A stretch of DNA of 56,202 bases, from positions 1 to 56,202 of the forward strand of contig MQRK01219542.1 of the NCBI GenBank assembly GCA_001938485.1. The letters run 5' to 3'. The position numbers and the translations under genes are program-made. Source of the stretch: Girardia tigrina (Eukaryota). Position 1 is the first letter of the stretch. Every line of letters begins with the position of its first letter. The notes under the pieces were generated by a model. That model made no database searches, had not been told where the DNA came from, and worked only from the letters and a program-made list of their open reading frames with translations. Shown one piece after another: positions 50,901 to 56,202 of this stretch.

Positions 50901-53043
50901 ATTCACAACCAAACGAGAATCGAACCAATGGGGGCAAATGGGCTGGATTGCTTCAGTTGCGGCCTCATGGGTCACATTGCAAGAGACTCTCTCAGAGCAG
51001 AGCTGAAACCGGCAGGAAACGGACCACAGGTTCCAACTGCTGGTTGGTTGGGTGCCTGAATATGGAGACGCGTAAATAACAATCATCACAGCAACCGTGT
51101 GGGGAAGGAAAGTGAAAGCACTGATTGGGGGTTCCACCATCAAATCTTGTCCGCGTAATAGAATCGGTGCAGATGATGAACGAATCAGAGGTGAATGTTC
51201 AATTCAGAGTGTCAATACCGATCCAGTGCAGCGGGAAGCAAATCGTGTGCCGCGTCCTAGTATTGCCGGAAGTCATCTCGTTGAAACTAACAGGGAGTTG
51301 CGAAGGTTCCGGAGTTGCCTGACCGATTGACACGACGGAATCTGTTCTCGTGGGTCGGACAGCTGGTGGGCCATTTTCCAGTCGGCGGCTGGTTGAGGCC
51401 AGCGTGCAGCTTCCTTAATAGAATAGCCAGTTACGGCGGATAGGATGACGAAGTGGACCGAGCGCTGTGAACATCGCTTAATAGTTGGAAAAACGACTGG
51501 AGAGAGAAGACCTAGTTACCTGTCGATGGGAAGTTCCCAACTGCAAACAAGAAAGAGTGTGATGCAACGCGAGCTCTTTTGCAACAGGTGTCTCTGTAAA
51601 GATAGGGAAGCAGTGGTCGAAGATGCATCTTAGTCTCGAAAGGAGAACGATGCAGCTCGCATAAACTTGGCGGAACTCGAAGCGGTGAATGAAGCAATCA
51701 AAGCGGCGTCGGCATGGGGATTGAACGATTTAGAAATAATGACCGTATCCGCCAGTGCCAGTGCTAACCAACGCCATTAGGGGCGATAAACCGATCAAAG
51801 CTAGTGGAATGAGCGAGCTGCTGGTCAAACGAATCATCAGTTCTATTAAAAGGACCATTGAAGAGGAACAGCTACAGGAATAGTGGAAGTTCAGCAGAAA
51901 ACAGAGTAGACCGCCTCACTCGCGTACATAGCGACTGATTAATATCAGTAAAAGAGCCAATGGGAGCATCAGTAGTAGCAATCGAGGGGGAGCAAGAATC
52001 GGCAGACAGTCTAGAGAAGCTCCACCAAATTAACCATTTCGGAGTGAGACGGATGAAGTTTCTGGCGACGAATTTGTGGGGTCCGGGACGAGTATCAGTA
52101 AGCCAAATTCAAGCAGTGCTGAAAGAATGTCCTCAGTGCGCATCGATCGNNNCCGCCACATTAAAATGGGAAAGGCGAATTGGGCGTCAAAGGGACGTAG
52201 CAACGGCTTGCCATGAACGTGACGCACACCACTGAGGGTAGGTTTATGGTAATTATTGACTGTGGTTCAGGGCGGTTCTCCGTATGGAGAAAAATCGAAT
52301 CAGAGAACAATGACGATCTGTGTACCGCGATCAAGTCGATGCTTAATGAATTTGGCTCTCACAGGAGCTACTGATGGACAATTTTGCGACTAACCGAGGA
52401 GCAGCAGTCAATAAGTTGCTGACGGAAACGGGTTTACAAATCCGGTTTCGATGTACAAATCGACCAAGTGGAAACAGTATTGTCGAGCGATGCCACCGGA
52501 CAATCAAGCGCATGGTGGCGCAGAGTGGGACGCCGATCGTGGATATGGTAGCGTGGTATAACGCTACTTCAAATTCACCAAGCTTAATTCCAGCATCGAT
52601 AGTTTTCACGCAGAATCGGTCGACTTTGCGAACCGACTATGTCAGACGCGCCCCTGAAGAAAGAATAATACCGCCCGACGAAGTTTAATGGCCCAGGAAC
52701 AAACGGTTATAGCGACAGTTCTGATAACGACGACGAGCAGCTAATGAATTGCGCGTGAGATGTTTCAGAAAGACAAGCACCTCGGGATGAAGCGACAGAG
52801 CAGAGGTCACATCGAGCGATCGTGCAACCAGCGAGATTCAAGAACCTTGTCTGCACCGGGCAGAAGCACACAGAGACGGGCAGTACTGCCCAGTGGACGG
52901 AGTCCGTGTGCGTATGTGCCTTAAGGGCAAGGGAGAGTGTGGGATAAAAAAATGTCATTTGTTTTATTCGTCAAAAGTCGGTGTCAGAGTTGTTTTTGAA
53001 AATAAAATTTGAAGACTTATTTTATTTCTTCTAGAATCCCACA
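47914..53043 (+). mobile_element. Ty3/Gypsy LTR retrotransposon derivative with ~106-bp LTRs (5' LTR split by the hAT; internal region 50248-52937)
   Basis: LTRs 50140-50247 and 52938-53043 (TGTGGGAT...ATCYCACA); PPT AAGGGAGAG. Coding remnants: gag knuckles CFRCDGNGHMTHEC and CFSCGLMGHIARD, protease KVKALI, RNase H HINLAELEAV, integrase H-H-CPQC, VIIDCG, LMDN and GNSIVERCHRTIK. Confidence 0.92.
47922..50139 (+). mobile_element. hAT transposon (ZMYM1/Tip100-like), internally deleted, 2218 bp
   Basis: 16-bp TIRs CAGAGCCGTAGTGAGG / CCTTACTACGGCTCTG; perfect 8-bp TSD TGTGGGAT (47914-47921 and 50140-50147). ORF pieces show NLSLRG (DUF4371-like) fused to YPN...FLTIPVTVMPCERSFSKLKLVKNYLRSSMAQERL. 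Confidence 0.96.
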
Positions 53044-55164
53044 ATATATTTAATGCTTATAAAAAAATGAAAATAAATTGTTCGGATAGAAACAATTTTA
53101 ACAATATGGCAGAAGATGTACACAAAGATGAAATTAAATTTTGTTGTGTCAATTGAACTCTACAATTAAAATTTAAATTTCGACCCAATGACGAGATTTA
53201 AAATTCATATGATGTATGACCATCCTGTCGAGACGCACACGGCTCCAGGAACTCTTGGGAAAGATGGCTGCCCAAAATGATTTTTAGAAAAGTCCGTATC
53301 GGTAATAGTTATATTATTCAACGTTTTCTAGCGATTGTTTCACGATAGGGAATTCGTGTCTTCTTGAGGCACACAAATAAATAAAAGGACTTTGAGCTTT
53401 TTATTAAACGATAAAGACAGTAATATCGTATAATATATTTAATAAAAGTATCTGTATCGATTTAGTATAAAATAAAAAAGAAAATAGACGATGAATTGCA
53501 CAAAAAACGAAATTGAGACAAAATGATGTTTTCAAATAATAAAAATAATTTCAAAATATAAAATTCTGACTAAATAAATGGTTTCAAATGATGGTCAAAA
53601 TCTTAAATTAAAATGATAAAAATCTCAATAAAAGATTGTATGAATATAAACATTTTCATAGACATTAATATTATAATTAGATGGTTCAAATGCAAATCTA
53701 AAGAATTTACAAAAAAACTTTGGAAAATTAATTAAATAAATGATGCCCATACTAACTTCATTAAACACTCAGTGAAAGTTTCTTAATGTAGCATTATTAG
53801 ATTCATCAAACAGCGTTTTTTTTAAGATTATGGTTAATTTAAACAAACTTATTTAAATTGAAATTTTTTTATTAAAAAACGATTATTTGTTTATAATATT
53901 TTAGTGACATATTTATTTGCATATAAAATTATCCGTCCTAAATGCAATTAACTCTTTATCGATTAAAGTTTAATAATTCGTATTAAATTAATGAAACTTA
54001 TTTATATGGAAAAGACAAATCAGTGAATTATTCTTATATTTACCAATATAATTAGTCACTGTATATTATGTAAATATTTTTGTCTATAAGTTCCATAATT
54101 CTTCCAGTAACAAACAAAGATTATTATTCTTAGATTTTCTTTCTATTTGAGAATTTTAAATTAAGATTTTTTCATTGTAAATTCAAAATTTTCAAATTAA
54201 AATAATATTTTTCTTTTCGATTTTGTGTATTGATTTTAAATCTCATTTATAGTTGGATACTCAAAATATATTGGAGGTTTTTAATGTAGATAGAATTTTT
54301 AAATTTGAAATTTTGGATTTTCATATTATTCTTTAATGATATTTTTATCTTTAAATGATAATTTCGTATAAATTTGGTTGTTTTAATTTTACAGTTAAAC
54401 GATAAAGATTTCTATTGAGTAAATTCTGCATTCATGCATTAATCGCTGCATTTATCATTTAAATATTTTTATTTATCGGCCATGTATATTTTATAAAATT
54501 CTTATCAGAGTTAATATTTACCTGAAAATATATATTTTTTAATATATATTCAATTTCAACAAAAGTAAATTCGACAAGATAAAAGCAATGCAGTTAGAAT
54601 AGTGTACCCATGTAGATAAAGGTGAATCTCTCAAAGATTAATTCTGGATTCCATCTTATCAAGACTGGTTCAACAACTACAAAACTGTTTGTGCGAAAAA
54701 ACTGCATATGGTTATCCTAGTTGCACAGATTTCTGGCGTGTACGCATTAGAAGGGATTAGAAGTATATATCCCCCCGAAGAAATTTAAATTTCGATCTTT
54801 ATTAACCTCTTTGGATTTCTATTTTAAATATTACAAATGGGAAGCAGGACATTTCAACATTGAAAATTTTTTTGCAGATTAAAAGCTTACGATTTAAGGA
54901 AATTACAATTACAATAGTGGTAAATGAAATGCAATTTTAATGCAAACTAAAAATTGGAGAATTGAACAATGAATTATAAATAATACAAGCACATGAGCAA
55001 GTATAATTTGAAATAGAATATAGATATGATAAAANNNNNNNNNNNNNNNNNNNNNNNNNNNNNNNNNNNNNNNNNNNNNNNNNNNNNNNNNNNNNNNNNN
55101 NNNNNNNNNNNNNNNNNNNNNNNNNNNNNNNNNNNNNNNNNNNNNNNNNNNNNNNNNNNNNNNN

Positions 55165-55233
55165 TGGTAGAGCGGAGGACTGTAGTGTATTGCGGTGATC
55201 CTTAGGTCGGTGGTTCAAATCCGCCTCATCGGA
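55165..55233 (+). tRNA. trnY: tRNA-Tyr(GTA) with intron, 5' part hidden in an N gap
   Basis: Identical to the 3' 69 nt of the complete copy; followed by a T run. Confidence 0.9.
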
Positions 55234-55572
55234 ATTTTTTTCGACATTGAAAATTTTTTTGCAGATTAAAAGCTTACGATTTAAAGAAATTACAATTACA
55301 ATAGTCGAAAAAGAATTCGGGGAATCACTAATATCCGTAAATCGTAAAATTGATAATGAGATTTTAAATCTGTTTTTTAACAACCTTAACATGCCCTCCG
55401 ATCACTTCTTCCTTGACAGCACANNNNNNNNNNNNNNNNNNNNNNNNNNNNNNNNNNNNNNNNNNNNNNNNNNTGGAGAATTGAACAATGAATTATAAAT
55501 AATACAAGCACATGAGCAAGTATAATTTGAAATAGAATATAGATATGATAAAAGTGATCAATGTAATCACTA

Positions 55573-55587
55573 CCGATGATAGCTCAG
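55573..55587 (+). pseudogene. Truncated 5' fragment of tRNA-Tyr
   Basis: CCGATGATAGCTCAG followed by a re-start of the upstream spacer (local duplication or assembly artefact). Confidence 0.6.
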
Positions 55588-55667
55588 CACATAATAATAC
55601 AAGCACATGAGCAAGTATAATTTGAAATAGAATATAGATATGATAAAAGTGATCAATGTAATCACTA

Positions 55668-55752
55668 CCGATGATAGCTCAGTTGGTAGAGCGGAGGACT
55701 GTAGTGTATTGCGGTGATCCTTAGGTCGGTGGTTCAAATCCGCCTCATCGGA
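55668..55752 (+). tRNA. trnY: tRNA-Tyr(GTA) with a 12-nt intron (55705-55716)
   Basis: Acceptor stem CCGATGA/TCATCGG+A; D arm GCTC/GAGC; anticodon stem GAGGA/TCCTT with GTA at 55701-55703; T arm GGTGG-TTCAAAT-CCGCC; 73 nt after splicing at 37/38. Confidence 0.98.
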
Positions 55753-55754
55753 AG

Positions 55755-55760
55755 TTTTTT
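55755..55760 (+). terminator. RNA polymerase III terminator
   Basis: T6 run 2 nt downstream of the tRNA discriminator base. Confidence 0.85.
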
Positions 55761-56202
55761 CGACATTGAAAATTTTTTTGCAGATTAAAAGCTTACGATT
55801 TAAGGAAATTACAATGACAATAGTGGTAAATGAAATGCAATTTTAATNNNNNNNNNNNNNNNNNNNNNNNNNNNNNNNNNNNNNNNNNNNNNNNNNNNNN
55901 NNNNNNNNNNNNNNNNNNNNNNNNNNNNNNNNNNNNNNNNNNNNNNNNNNNNNNNNNNNNNNNNNNNNNNNNNNNNNNNNNNNNNNNNNNNNNNNNNNNN
56001 NNNNNNNNNNNNNNNNNNNNNNNNNNNNNNNNNNNNNNNNNNNNNNNNNNNNNNNNNNNNNNNNNNNNNNNNNNNNNNNNTTTTTTCGACATTGAAAATT
56101 TTTTTGCAGATTAAAAGCTTACGATTTAAGGAAATTACAATGACAATAGTGGTAAATGAAATGCAATTTTAATGCAAACTAAAAATTGGAGAATTGAACA
56201 AT

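Larger units (their letters stand above)
54857..56202 (+). repeat. Tandem array of ~292-bp units, each carrying a tRNA-Tyr gene (partly gapped)
   Basis: Near-identical ACATTGAAAATTTTTTTGCAGATTAAAAGCTTACG at 54857, 55244, 55763 and 56089; the unit is reconstructed as 178+19+85+10 bp. Confidence 0.9.

Overview
AT-rich eukaryotic (invertebrate animal) genomic scaffold with several N gaps. The composition, ~56-nt introns and transposon mix fit a planarian flatworm, but that is inference. Most of the window is a graveyard of nested mobile elements: mariner (DD34D), maT-like, rosa-like DD41D, Tc1/IS630-like, pogo/Tigger and their MITEs, piggyBac-like MITEs, hAT, a probable Zator element and Ty3/Gypsy remnants. 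The clear host features are an apparently intronless SOBP (sine oculis-binding protein) homologue on the minus strand (25024-26385) and a ~292-bp tandem array of intron-containing tRNA-Tyr(GTA) genes at the right end. The least explained structures are three LTR-like segments with no recognisable transposase or pol. (i) A ~4.06-kb segment (37237-41297) carries a chain of four GT-AG introns with no long ORF, a poly(A) signal and GC-rich structured islands. (ii) A 1.5-kb TGTTGGG...CCCAACA segment (19925-21450) carries an intact 163-aa orphan ORF and a spliced coiled-coil gene remnant. (iii) An ~840-bp segment (3626-4463) is built of GC-rich hairpins separated by AT-rich simple repeats. All family calls come from motifs read by eye; no database search was run.
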